Shown here: positions 43,828 through 53,522 of the stretch, one piece after another | Numbering within the stretch: the first letter of the stretch is position 1 | Layout: each line of letters opens with the position of its first letter | IMG/VR virus record: IMGVR_UViG_3300017791_000207 | Coordinates: 1-64,000 of that record | Origin: a virus | Lineage: Duplodnaviria > Caudoviricetes | Direction: 5' to 3' (one strand) | Length of the DNA: 64,000 nucleotides | Notes under the pieces: generated by a model | The model's input: only the letters and a program-made list of their open reading frames with translations | Database searches by the model: none | What the model was told of the DNA's origin: nothing | Program-made: the position numbers and the translations under genes

Positions 43828-44457
43828 TTAAGGAGATTGTAATTTATCTACGTAAATTAAATTTGTTTTATTCTTGTCTTTTCCGTTCAACCAACCTCTG
43901 AGGGTTGACCATTTAATATTGTAAGCTTCGGCAGCATCTTTACAACAATCAAAAAATATACCTGTTTGTAAATCCACTACTAGTTTAGCTCTACCATTAT
44001 CTCCTCTTTCTCTCCAACCACAAGGTCTTTTAACACCTTTGAATAATTTACTTATTATATTTCTAGTCTCCTCATTGTGAGTTTTTTCGAAAAATGGATT
44101 TTTACTACCTAATTTAACTTCTGAATATTTTTTTCTACTGTCATCTGATAAAACCGAAGGTAAAATATTAGTAGAAGAATAACAACAATTCAATCCTACA
44201 TTTAATGTATCATAAAATTCCTGCCAATAACGTTCTCTTTCATTAAGGTCTTCAATTGAACATTCTTCGATTATTTCAAAAATATGATTTTTGAATCCAT
44301 ATTCTTGCAACGATTGAAAAATTAATCTTTGATTCTTACAACGGTTATTTCGATAAGAACTCCATCTACTTAATATATTTTTACTTTGTCCTACATATAT
44401 TTCTCCAATGGGATTAATGATCTTATAGATTCCTATTATCTTATTTTTATAAGGCAT
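43828..44457 (-). CDS. GIY-YIG homing endonuclease with NUMOD-like repeats
   Basis: GIYKI..YVGQS..R, FEIIE, ERE, GLN; NPF..KTH.EETR; ATG 44457 is the likely start. Confidence 0.85.
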   Translation of the reverse strand: MPYKNKIIGIYKIINPIGEIYVGQSKNILSRWSSYRNNRCKNQRLIFQSLQEYGFKNHIFEIIEECSIEDLNERERYWQEFYDTLNVGLNCCYSSTNILPSVLSDDSRKKYSEVKLGSKNPFFEKTHNEETRNIISKLFKGVKRPCGWRERGDNGRAKLVVDLQTGIFFDCCKDAAEAYNIKWSTLRGWLNGKDKNKTNLIYVDKLQSP

Positions 44458-44581
44458 AAACAAAAAATCCTCCAAATTAGGTTGCTGAATCACCGAAGTA
44501 ATACCTAAAATGGAGGAGAATAAGTTTATAATAGATGACTCAGCGATACAAATGTAAAACAAATTATTTACAATTCCAAAT

Positions 44582-46636
44582 TTATTTTGATAATTCTTTT
44601 ATTTCTTCCTTAGTTTGAGGTTTACCATAAGTTTCAACAAGCCATTCTTTTCCATAGGTTTCAAGTTGTTTGTTAGTGGGAACCTTGTCTAAACAGAATT
44701 TACGGAAATTTTCAAATTCCTTATTTCTTTTTTCTTCTTCTCTTTTCGCGCGCGCTTTCTCAGCCAATCTTTCTTCTGTGCCATCTATTTTTTCTATGAT
44801 CTTACGACATTCATCAATGTAATAATCATAATCTATACCATATTCAGTAATCGCTGCTTCATAATAAGTATTAAAAATGGTAACTTTCTTATTAGCTTCG
44901 ATATCAATTTGTTTTTCATCCTTGAACTTACGAAATCTTCTTCCTTCCTTAGAAATAAAGTACCTGTTATTCTTTTGCTGAGGAATACTGTCATTTTCAT
45001 CTTCTCCTACCGTTTCACATTTCCATCCATGACTTGCATTGAAAGTTTTACAGAAATCGTAAATATTTTGATGATTATAAATCGTATCAGCTACAGGAAT
45101 ATCCTTTAAATAGAATTCTGATAGGGCATGAGTGACCACACATTGAGATAAGGACTTATGGTATTCTCCATCTTTAATCATCTCTTCACGAGGCTTAAAA
45201 GCACCTTTATATTTAACTTTACCTTTTACATCTTGACTTAGATAGTTATTAACATCTCTTATCACCATTTTTTGATAAGCAACATACTCCAAACCTAATT
45301 TTGTTGTTTTTTCCCATTCCTGACAAACTTCCCAATACAGGCGTTTATATTCTATAGGGATCATTACTGTAATACCATCTGTGTTTACCTGTAATACTTT
45401 TAAATTGGGTACTTTCGTCATCAACATTTCAGATAACATACAAAGTGCTAATTGTCCCGCAAGAGTAGTTTTCAAGGTATATAAAGGATCATATAAGAAG
45501 CTATACATACTATTACTCTTGCCGTAGGTAGCATTTGCGGAGATCTTCAACCCATCAGCCATGGTCTTATCTCCTCGTTTCTTAGCCTCCATACGAGGTT
45601 TTACAATGTTATCCTCATATACAGTAAGAAATTCCTTACCCAAGTGATAAGGATATAAACCATTGGTAATAGCTAAGTTAGGATACAAGGAACCTACGTC
45701 CGCATCAACAATACATTCTTTATCCGTAGATTTATATATTCCTGGTTTAATACACATGTGAATGCCTCCTGTCCCAAGGTCAAACTCAGCATCTCCAAAC
45801 GAAAAAGAGTATTTAAAAGAATCCTTTAATTCCGTTACTTCAATGCCTTTTAAATATTCAAGAAGTTCATTAAATTCAGGAGTCTCAAAACTTACATAAT
45901 CAGGGATACATTCGCGAAATCTAAAACCCTTACGAAAAGTCCTCATCTTACGAACTTCATCAATAGGTTTAGATGTATGTTCACAATATAATTTGAGTAC
46001 TAATTCTTCACCAATTTTACTATCGGAGAAATTCATACAATTTATACCATATTTGTCTCTTAATCCTCTCCTAAGTTCAAGTTTATCTAAAGTCTTGGTA
46101 TAAAATGTCTTGGTAGCTTCTACATCATTTTTATTGTATGATAGGATTTCTTGCACTTGTTCTTCTGTTTCTATTTCTTGATCGTGAGCATAAGGCATAT
46201 CTTGGACATTCGGAAACTGCATAGCTATTTCTAGCTTTTTAAGTGAACATCTCCTAGCATTATTATCGTAGTGCCAAATCTTATAAAGATCCAACTGAGG
46301 AATAAGAACTTCGACTTCCTTTACCATAGAAAATAACTCGTCAATTACTTTTTGAGCTTTTTTATAGATTTCCTTGGCTAATCGTTTTCCTGTATAAGTA
46401 AGGAATTTATCTCTATTTTTTAGAATATGATGAATTACGGGATAATCGAACTCCAAATTATTATACCCTATTTGTCCTTTAAGAGTGTCTAAATGGTCTA
46501 ATAAAGCAGGTAAATCATTTCTTTTATGCCAAATAACAAACATTTTAGTATCATCGCTGTCTCTGTCTGTACCCGTATAAGTGAAACAATTACAGAGAGT
46601 CTCAATATCATAAACTTCTACTCTATTCTTTACCAT
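44582..46636 (-). CDS. Family B DNA polymerase
   Basis: Exonuclease motifs YDIE, YN..FD, YNKND; polymerase motifs DVGSLYP, K...NATYG, VNTDG. Confidence 0.92.
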   Translation of the reverse strand: MVKNRVEVYDIETLCNCFTYTGTDRDSDDTKMFVIWHKRNDLPALLDHLDTLKGQIGYNNLEFDYPVIHHILKNRDKFLTYTGKRLAKEIYKKAQKVIDELFSMVKEVEVLIPQLDLYKIWHYDNNARRCSLKKLEIAMQFPNVQDMPYAHDQEIETEEQVQEILSYNKNDVEATKTFYTKTLDKLELRRGLRDKYGINCMNFSDSKIGEELVLKLYCEHTSKPIDEVRKMRTFRKGFRFRECIPDYVSFETPEFNELLEYLKGIEVTELKDSFKYSFSFGDAEFDLGTGGIHMCIKPGIYKSTDKECIVDADVGSLYPNLAITNGLYPYHLGKEFLTVYEDNIVKPRMEAKKRGDKTMADGLKISANATYGKSNSMYSFLYDPLYTLKTTLAGQLALCMLSEMLMTKVPNLKVLQVNTDGITVMIPIEYKRLYWEVCQEWEKTTKLGLEYVAYQKMVIRDVNNYLSQDVKGKVKYKGAFKPREEMIKDGEYHKSLSQCVVTHALSEFYLKDIPVADTIYNHQNIYDFCKTFNASHGWKCETVGEDENDSIPQQKNNRYFISKEGRRFRKFKDEKQIDIEANKKVTIFNTYYEAAITEYGIDYDYYIDECRKIIEKIDGTEERLAEKARAKREEEKRNKEFENFRKFCLDKVPTNKQLETYGKEWLVETYGKPQTKEEIKELSK

Positions 46637-47463
46637 TGGTATATTCCTCCTCTATCAATAAAGGTTTTACGATTAAGGTTTATTTCAGAAAGACATTTGT
46701 TCAAGGTATTCTCTTGAAGTTTACTGGAATAAGTATGTCTTCCTTCACTATTTTCGAATAATCTCCCTTGAGGATCAATCAGTAAATAAGATCCTGTCAT
46801 AGCTTCATTATCTTCTACTACCATAGAAGGATGAGAGTGTTTTTGAACAAATCTTTCAAATCCATTCCAATAAGTTCTAATTTCTTCAAATTGAGTATCA
46901 TTTTGACCTTCTACTCTAAGCGTGTCAAATATTTTCCATCGAGAAGGGTTAGCCCATGAAATGAATTTTTGCATATCTTCATTTTGGTTGTATCTATTTA
47001 CTACAGTATTTATTTTCAGTTTAAATCCCATAGACTTTATTTTATGGATTAACACAAAATAATCAAATTCTTTTTTGGAAGTACGCCCTATTTTAAGGTT
47101 AGTTTCAGGATTCAGAGAGTCAATAGAAATACCAATCCAATCGAGTTTACCTTTGAATTTAGTTAGAAGTTCATCTGTCAATAAAGAACCATTTGTAATA
47201 ATAGAAGTTACCAAGTCTATCTTCTTAGAATAAGAAATAACTTCATAAATCCATCTGTAAAGAAGTGGTTCTCCTCCCGCGAAAGTCACTTTCTCTACTC
47301 CACCTTCTTTAAGCTTATCCAAGATATTGAATACATCCCCTTTAGAGATCTGATTTATAACATGCATATCTTCAAAGGTTGCATAACAGAATTTACATTT
47401 CATGTTACATGGTTTGACTATATGGAATGATACTGTCTCAAATGGTTTATTATCGTTTTTCAT
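46630..47463 (-). CDS. Viperin-like radical SAM enzyme (putative ddhNTP synthase)
   Basis: FH..KPCNMKCKFCY, KVTFAGGEP, SIITNGS, ISIDS, KINTVVN, P.RWKIF, VEGQN, EDN..MTGSY..IDP.GR.F: viperin-type motifs along the whole length. Confidence 0.85.
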   Translation of the reverse strand: MKNDNKPFETVSFHIVKPCNMKCKFCYATFEDMHVINQISKGDVFNILDKLKEGGVEKVTFAGGEPLLYRWIYEVISYSKKIDLVTSIITNGSLLTDELLTKFKGKLDWIGISIDSLNPETNLKIGRTSKKEFDYFVLIHKIKSMGFKLKINTVVNRYNQNEDMQKFISWANPSRWKIFDTLRVEGQNDTQFEEIRTYWNGFERFVQKHSHPSMVVEDNEAMTGSYLLIDPQGRLFENSEGRHTYSSKLQENTLNKCLSEINLNRKTFIDRGGIYQW

Positions 47464-48114
47464 ACTTTCTCTTTTTCTTAAAACTATTAGAATAATACTC
47501 CTTCAACTTCTTAATCTTCTCTGCTAAGTTTTCATACCTATTGATAGCTTCTATATGTTTGTCTATTTCTATCCAGTCGATGTATAATATGTTTTCTTGT
47601 TGTACCATTTTATCCATTCTTTTGAGAATCTATCATTTTGAATCTATAAATTCTAAGTAACATTCTAAATTTAGCACGAGTAGTCCAATTTCTTGGAAAT
47701 CTTTTTTCTTTTAATTGTCGAAGGTAAAAGAAATCATTATTTGTCATATTTTGATAAGTTTTAATGCTTCCTGTAATCCTAATTCAAGGCACTCTTCATA
47801 ATTACTAAAAGAGTTCATACAAGTATAACGTGTTCTTTCACCTATCTGATTTGGAGTATCATAGTGATAGATATCATAAGAATACTTGCCTGATGATCTT
47901 AGTATCGGTAATACATCTATTTTATGGATTTCTCTTAACCATTTTTGAAGTAGTCCTTGTGTTGGGGCAGAGATTATTTCTTTAGCATATGCATGCCAAT
48001 GAGCTACATAATTATTTAATTTCTTATCTACATAGACTTTTTCATTTGGATCAATAACAAAACCCCTTTGTTTAGTTAAGACTGCTGTCTCATAACTTAT
48101 TAATTGTTCTTCCA

Positions 48115-48837
48115 TTATCTTCTTTTAAGTAAAGGTACGAAAAATATTAACATCATAATACCTGAAAAAATAAAATCTGTGGAATGTTTGTCTAAAATAT
48201 GTTTAACATTGACAAGAGCAGGAGTATAATCTACAATTGCAGTAAATAAGAGTTTTAAACCTAATAAACCAATTACAATAAATGCTGATTTTTCAAGAGT
48301 TGGAAATTTCTCCATGAGTACAGAAAACCTGCTTGCAATGAATCTCATGATAAAAATACCAATGAACACTCCAATACAAATTATCCAAATATTTTTACTC
48401 ATACCCACTACAGCAACCAAATTATCCAAGGAAAATACAATATCAACAAACTCCACTACAATTACCGTACTCCAAAACACATTGATTCCTGACCTAGAAA
48501 CAAGCTTATCAAACCAATGTGTTTCTCCTTCTTCAATAGAGTCTTTCTGCGGTGTTAATCCTCCATAGGTAAGTTTCAAAAGATATAATCCTCCAAGAAT
48601 CTTAAATATATCTCCTACAACAGGATTATTTAAGAGCCATGCTACTAAAAATAAACATGCTCCTCTGAAAACACAAGCCCCTACAATACCATACTTTAAT
48701 GCTTTATCTCTATCTTTACCTTGTAGATTTTTATTGACTATTACTGCCAAAACGGCAGCGTTGTCAATTGAAAGAGAGGCTTCTAAAAGTACGATTATCA
48801 ATACAGTACATATTAATTGAATTATTTCTGTTATCAT
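48115..48837 (-). CDS. terC: TerC-family integral membrane protein
   Basis: LEASLSIDNAAVLA, ALKYG, FRG, GGLYL, E..DIVFSLDN; multiple TM helices. Confidence 0.9.
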   Translation of the reverse strand: MITEIIQLICTVLIIVLLEASLSIDNAAVLAVIVNKNLQGKDRDKALKYGIVGACVFRGACLFLVAWLLNNPVVGDIFKILGGLYLLKLTYGGLTPQKDSIEEGETHWFDKLVSRSGINVFWSTVIVVEFVDIVFSLDNLVAVVGMSKNIWIICIGVFIGIFIMRFIASRFSVLMEKFPTLEKSAFIVIGLLGLKLLFTAIVDYTPALVNVKHILDKHSTDFIFSGIMMLIFFVPLLKRR

Positions 48838-48943
48838 TTTGTCAGGTTTTTGATTTTACGTTTATAATAGAATTTAGTTAATTTATGACCTATGAAAAGT
48901 CCTATTGTTAAGGAGAGGATGAAATACATCCACACTAGAGTTG

Positions 48944-49804
48944 TCATTTGATTAAGTTTTTGGTTTGAAGAAGTGTTTTGATGTATTTCAGGTTTTCTTG
49001 GTAGCTTTCATCAAGATGATATGAATTACCAATTGCCTGATGATAAAGTGTGTGAAGGAATTTATAAGATTGGTATGAAACAAAAGTTTTAAATTCCTCT
49101 TTCTTACTGTTGAGAATATACTTTACAGTTCGTGTATTAAGTAGAAATCCACCTATAGACTTCATTACTTGGTTTAGTTGCACCAAGGATTTTACATAGG
49201 CATAATTCAAATAATTCTCAATGTTTGGGTTGATATCAGCATTAACTAATTCTGCATAATAAAGGTAAGAATATTCGCACTCCAACTGGTAAGAATCCAC
49301 CATTTTCTGAATCATCTTTTCATGTGAACCTGTAATTCTAATATCATCTAGGAACAGACAGTATTTACCTTTTACAAAGTCCTTGTCAATATGAAAGGTA
49401 TCTTTCCCAATCAATCTCATGCGATCCTCAGCAGATAAGGCACCATAGTCCTCATGATAAGAAATACTACGTGTAATCTTTGTCTCTTGTACAACAGGTA
49501 AATTATGCTCGGCTAGCCAATGGTTTAAAGCCCTCACAAAATAATCCTTCATGGCAAATGTAGCCGTAGGAATAAACTGATAGGGAGAAGATACTACCAC
49601 TATTTGGGTACCTTTAAACTCACGAGGAGAATACATCTCGTATATTTGACCTATAAACTTTTGAGCAAGTTCTTCACCGAATTGTTGAGCAATCTTTTTA
49701 TGTCCGAATTTAAATTTTGAATAATCAATTGGGCTGAATGGTATTTCTTCAGATTTAATTTGGTGTACTGCAATAGTTGAGGACTTCACTAAATTGTTTG
49801 TCAT
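48944..49804 (-). CDS. Phosphoribosyltransferase (ter-associated, ComF-like)
   Basis: YSKFKFG, PY..IPTA, PRPP loop LFLDDIRITGSH. Confidence 0.8.
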   Translation of the reverse strand: MTNNLVKSSTIAVHQIKSEEIPFSPIDYSKFKFGHKKIAQQFGEELAQKFIGQIYEMYSPREFKGTQIVVVSSPYQFIPTATFAMKDYFVRALNHWLAEHNLPVVQETKITRSISYHEDYGALSAEDRMRLIGKDTFHIDKDFVKGKYCLFLDDIRITGSHEKMIQKMVDSYQLECEYSYLYYAELVNADINPNIENYLNYAYVKSLVQLNQVMKSIGGFLLNTRTVKYILNSKKEEFKTFVSYQSYKFLHTLYHQAIGNSYHLDESYQENLKYIKTLLQTKNLIK

Positions 49805-50366
49805 TTGTATTAATTTGTAGATATGGAATTCCGATTTGTTGACAACCTCCATCAGCAATAGGATTATCTCCTATATGAAGGTGAGCTCTTTCATCAAAGA
49901 ATCGTGGATTAGGTTTAGCCATTCCTGTTACATCAGAATAAGCACAGTAGTCAATAAGTTTGGGAAATAGGGTTTTAATTACCTTATCCAAGGTTCTTCC
50001 TTCAATAACACCTGTATTGGATATAATGCCCACTGATATACCACTTTCTTTTAAGATACTGAGTGTAGGAATAATGGTTTCATCATAGGGTAATGGTATA
50101 TTTTCAAGGAATATAGCCTCTAAATCAGGGTAGATCTTATCATAATCGGGATACTTACCACCTTCTATCGAGAGGTAATGATATCTTTCAATAAGTGTGG
50201 AATGTCTGCCTGTTATTTCATCAAGACGAGTGAAATAATCTTTCATCTTTTTCACTGATAATTCAGTTACTCCAAAATACTTTTTCCAAACTCTTTCATA
50301 CGCCAAACCCCTGAATAAGGGATTCGGACGTATAAGAGTCATCCATAGATCGGTTGTGATGATCAT
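49755..50366 (-). CDS. HAD-family hydrolase
   Basis: DLWMTL, ISNT, KP, HIGDN..AD. Confidence 0.85.
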   Translation of the reverse strand: MIITTDLWMTLIRPNPLFRGLAYERVWKKYFGVTELSVKKMKDYFTRLDEITGRHSTLIERYHYLSIEGGKYPDYDKIYPDLEAIFLENIPLPYDETIIPTLSILKESGISVGIISNTGVIEGRTLDKVIKTLFPKLIDYCAYSDVTGMAKPNPRFFDERAHLHIGDNPIADGGCQQIGIPYLQINTNDKQFSEVLNYCSTPN

Positions 50367-50508
50367 TAGAATAATTTAATTTGATTTCTTTTAGATTGAC
50401 CAAGAGAGTAATAAAAATACCATACTCCTGATACCTTGTTAAAAGCAGGTTTTAAAATTGATCCTGCAAAGAAAGCTAGAATTACTGATAAAAGATAGAA
50501 TAACATAA

Positions 50509-51084
50509 TTAAGAATTTGTATAATGATTTGCAATTTCGTTAATATTACCATTTGATCCTGTGCCTAATGCTTCGAATTTCCACTCATCATTATGCTTGT
50601 ATATTTTACCAAACATCACACCATTAAAGCCTGAATAATCTTCTGATAAATCATACTTGATCAGTTCGGTATTGCTGTCAGCATTTACAGCACGAATAAA
50701 TGCATTTCTTACCATTCCAAATTGTTGATTTCCACGAGAAGAAGCTTCATAGATATTCACTCCAATGGCGACTTCATTACAATCATCAGGTAAGGTACTT
50801 AGATCAATCATAATAACTTCATCATCTCCATCTCCTGCACCAGTTAAGTTATCACCGCCATGTTTGACACCTTGGCCTACCTTGTTATTGAAGTAGATGA
50901 TGGATTGAACACCTCCGTGTAATTTACCATCTTTGATTTCTAAGGCAAAAGCATCTAAATCATAGGCAGGACCATTGCCTTGGTTAACATCCCAACCTAA
51001 ACCGATGTTTAATTTTGTAAGACCTGGGTTTGTTTTCGTCAAGTCTACTTTTTGTCCTTTTACTAAATTAATTGTGTCTGACAT
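50509..51084 (-). CDS. terD: TerD-family protein
   Basis: INLVKGQKVDL, GLGWD, DLDA, YFNN, GDNLTGAGDGDDE, FGMVRNAFIR, YDLSED, WKFEALG. Confidence 0.92.
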   Translation of the reverse strand: MSDTINLVKGQKVDLTKTNPGLTKLNIGLGWDVNQGNGPAYDLDAFALEIKDGKLHGGVQSIIYFNNKVGQGVKHGGDNLTGAGDGDDEVIMIDLSTLPDDCNEVAIGVNIYEASSRGNQQFGMVRNAFIRAVNADSNTELIKYDLSEDYSGFNGVMFGKIYKHNDEWKFEALGTGSNGNINEIANHYTNS

Positions 51085-51117
51085 TTTTGATTTGTTTTTT
51101 TTTGTTGTTATTGCTTA

Positions 51118-51498
51118 TTAAGAAAAATCTGCAATGATTAATTTAAGTTGTTCAATAGTATCTTCAAAAGTTTTGATTTCAGCTTCGGTTTGAGACACTT
51201 CTTGTTCAGCTTCATAAACTTTTTTACGAGCTTGTTCGCGGAATGCAAGGTAAGATTCAAAATTTTTATCAGTTCTGAAACGACTTTCTTCAAATGCTTT
51301 CTTGGCTTTTACCACTTGATTTTGATTACGAGCTAATTTTAGTTTGGCTTTTTGAAGATCACCTGTTTCTACATTTGCTAGTTCTAACTGAGCATCAATC
51401 AAAGCCTCCTGAGCAAATTGTTCGATTTTCTCTTTTTGAATTTGTTTCTCGTCTTTGTTTACAGTTTTAAGCACTGCTGCTACGAATTTGTTTGTCAT
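51118..51498 (-). CDS. Coiled-coil protein
   Basis: Helical K/E/Q-rich 126-aa ORF just upstream of terD. Confidence 0.55.
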   Translation of the reverse strand: MTNKFVAAVLKTVNKDEKQIQKEKIEQFAQEALIDAQLELANVETGDLQKAKLKLARNQNQVVKAKKAFEESRFRTDKNFESYLAFREQARKKVYEAEQEVSQTEAEIKTFEDTIEQLKLIIADFS

Positions 51499-52250
51499 TT
51501 TGATGTGTTTTTTAATTTAATTGTTTGAAATGGTTTTGATTCTTGTTTGTTATTAGGAATAAATACTTCTAATTTTTTACGTTTGTTTTTTGATAATGTT
51601 GGATAACACTCTTTCGGAGTCAAAGGTACTATAAAATGTTCTTCTATTGTTGGTATGGATTGTAAATCTTTGTTAATGTCTTTCTTAGGAATTTCCTGTG
51701 GTAAAGCTTTTACCCATCTTCCTATTAGACTTTTTGGTTTATTAAATTCCTTCACATTAAATGGTTTGCCGATTCTTTCATACTCTTCTATTTCTTCTTT
51801 TGAAGCTTTTCGAAATTTAAGTTTGGATTCATATTTTGAATCACCATTCCAACCATTGTTTCTAAGACTCTTATCTACATGCACATTAAAACCTCTTGCA
51901 TCTTCATAAGAATCTCTTGATAGTTTATAACAGTAATTTATGGGTATTGAATCCTGCCAAGTGTCCTTACCGTTGCATCCTGCCAAAAGAACTATATAAC
52001 TATCTTTTGGATATTGACAAACTTCTTCTACTATTTCTGCCCATTTTTTAGTATCATAAAGAAGTGGAGTAATATCTTCCTTTTCTTTAACTCCTACAAT
52101 TATATCACCGCCACTTGTCCAAAAACGGGGTTCACTATCTACTGTATAAATATCAGTAATTGTTGGGGTATGAGCAGGTTTAAACTTAGCACCAATTGGA
52201 TACCTTCGTTTTGCCTCTTCTAATAAGGCTTCTTGTGAGTTGTTTTCCAT
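51495..52250 (-). CDS. Hypothetical phage protein
   Basis: LLEEAKRRYP.G...WAEIV module and R.A..EEI motif. Confidence 0.55.
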   Translation of the reverse strand: MENNSQEALLEEAKRRYPIGAKFKPAHTPTITDIYTVDSEPRFWTSGGDIIVGVKEKEDITPLLYDTKKWAEIVEEVCQYPKDSYIVLLAGCNGKDTWQDSIPINYCYKLSRDSYEDARGFNVHVDKSLRNNGWNGDSKYESKLKFRKASKEEIEEYERIGKPFNVKEFNKPKSLIGRWVKALPQEIPKKDINKDLQSIPTIEEHFIVPLTPKECYPTLSKNKRKKLEVFIPNNKQESKPFQTIKLKNTSK

Positions 52251-52254
52251 AAGT

Positions 52255-53112
52255 TTATTTTATTGTTTTCCACGCTTTTAAACCAAGTGATTTTATTTCG
52301 TATAGTTCTACCTTCTTAAGAGGTTCATTTTGTAAAGGTAAATTATTATTTCCTTTCAAAAAGTTAAAATTACACATGAATGAATAATCATTTCCTACTT
52401 TAATTCGATATATACCTACTTTCTTTACATGGTATGTGTCAATAAGGTTTTTAGAACTGTCAATTTTAGTCCATGTATAAGTGTCAGGATTTTGCACGTA
52501 TGGATCATCTGAAGAATACATAATTTCTACTTCTTTGAAATTTACAGGATCAACTTTCCAATCCAAGAAATCATAACCAATTTCATAAAATAGAATACTA
52601 AAACCAAGAGGTATATTTGAGCAATCTAATACATAGATTCTGTTAGAAGCATTACCTGATAATTGGATCGTGTCACCTACCTGATATTGAATACCATTAT
52701 AAAAGAATAGTGCTGAATCAGAAAGGGTTACAGTATTAAAAGAACCTTGATTAGAATTATTACTTGTCGTACTGAAAAGATGTGTTTCGCCACCTTGTAC
52801 ATAAAGATGTCCATTACCTGTGAAATTTACCTGATTAAGAGTAGTATAACCATTTGTATAGATGTTTCCACCATAGGGTAAATTGATTGTTTGATAATTC
52901 AATACATTGTTAAATGTCCAATTATAAATATTATTCCAATTTACACTTGTACTGATTGTCATTGGTCCTTGGAAGCACTGATCACCATTGAAACTTTGGT
53001 TTGTCAAGTAAGAGCCTGTTACAGGATTATTACATGGTGGTGTAAAGTTACATTGAGCCTGACTTATATAGGAAATACCTGAGAGTAGGCTGATTAAGAT
53101 TGTCTTTTTCAT
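52255..53112 (-). CDS. Secreted protein resembling Bacteroidota surface proteins
   Basis: MKKTILISLLSGISYISQA/Q; N/T/G-rich beta body; PL..F....L.W...EI.YS.D..W..I Ig-like segment. Confidence 0.55.
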   Translation of the reverse strand: MKKTILISLLSGISYISQAQCNFTPPCNNPVTGSYLTNQSFNGDQCFQGPMTISTSVNWNNIYNWTFNNVLNYQTINLPYGGNIYTNGYTTLNQVNFTGNGHLYVQGGETHLFSTTSNNSNQGSFNTVTLSDSALFFYNGIQYQVGDTIQLSGNASNRIYVLDCSNIPLGFSILFYEIGYDFLDWKVDPVNFKEVEIMYSSDDPYVQNPDTYTWTKIDSSKNLIDTYHVKKVGIYRIKVGNDYSFMCNFNFLKGNNNLPLQNEPLKKVELYEIKSLGLKAWKTIK

Positions 53113-53114
53113 TT

Positions 53115-53522
53115 TTAGCAAAATTTTTGTTTTATTTCTTGATAAAATTCTTTACCTTCTTCTGAAAGGTCATTTTTAAACCACCATTTATCATTATCAT
53201 GTAGACAAGATAGCTCAATTAAAAATTCTTCTCCTAATTCTTGAATATCTTCGGGCAGCATATTCCATATTCTACTAATCCCTGCTTCTCCAAATACTTT
53301 ATCAATTACTTTGCGTAGAGATTTAGGGAGCAATCTACCCACAGCATCTCCATCTGTTTCTACCATAAGGCTTTCTCCACTATACATGACTTGTCCCCAA
53401 TATCTATTTGTAAAGCCTCTGTAGTCTTCTTCCTCTTTCCATCCTATGCAGCGAGGATGTTCTTTGTAATATTGGACTGTATCATCCAATATCTGTCTTC
53501 TACGATTTTTAATTGGTTTCAT
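53115..53522 (-). CDS. Hypothetical protein, paralogue of 63577..63996
   Basis: Shared LD...YY, C, GR, LP, F.....LHD...W...L...G. Confidence 0.6.
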   Translation of the reverse strand: MKPIKNRRRQILDDTVQYYKEHPRCIGWKEEEDYRGFTNRYWGQVMYSGESLMVETDGDAVGRLLPKSLRKVIDKVFGEAGISRIWNMLPEDIQELGEEFLIELSCLHDNDKWWFKNDLSEEGKEFYQEIKQKFC

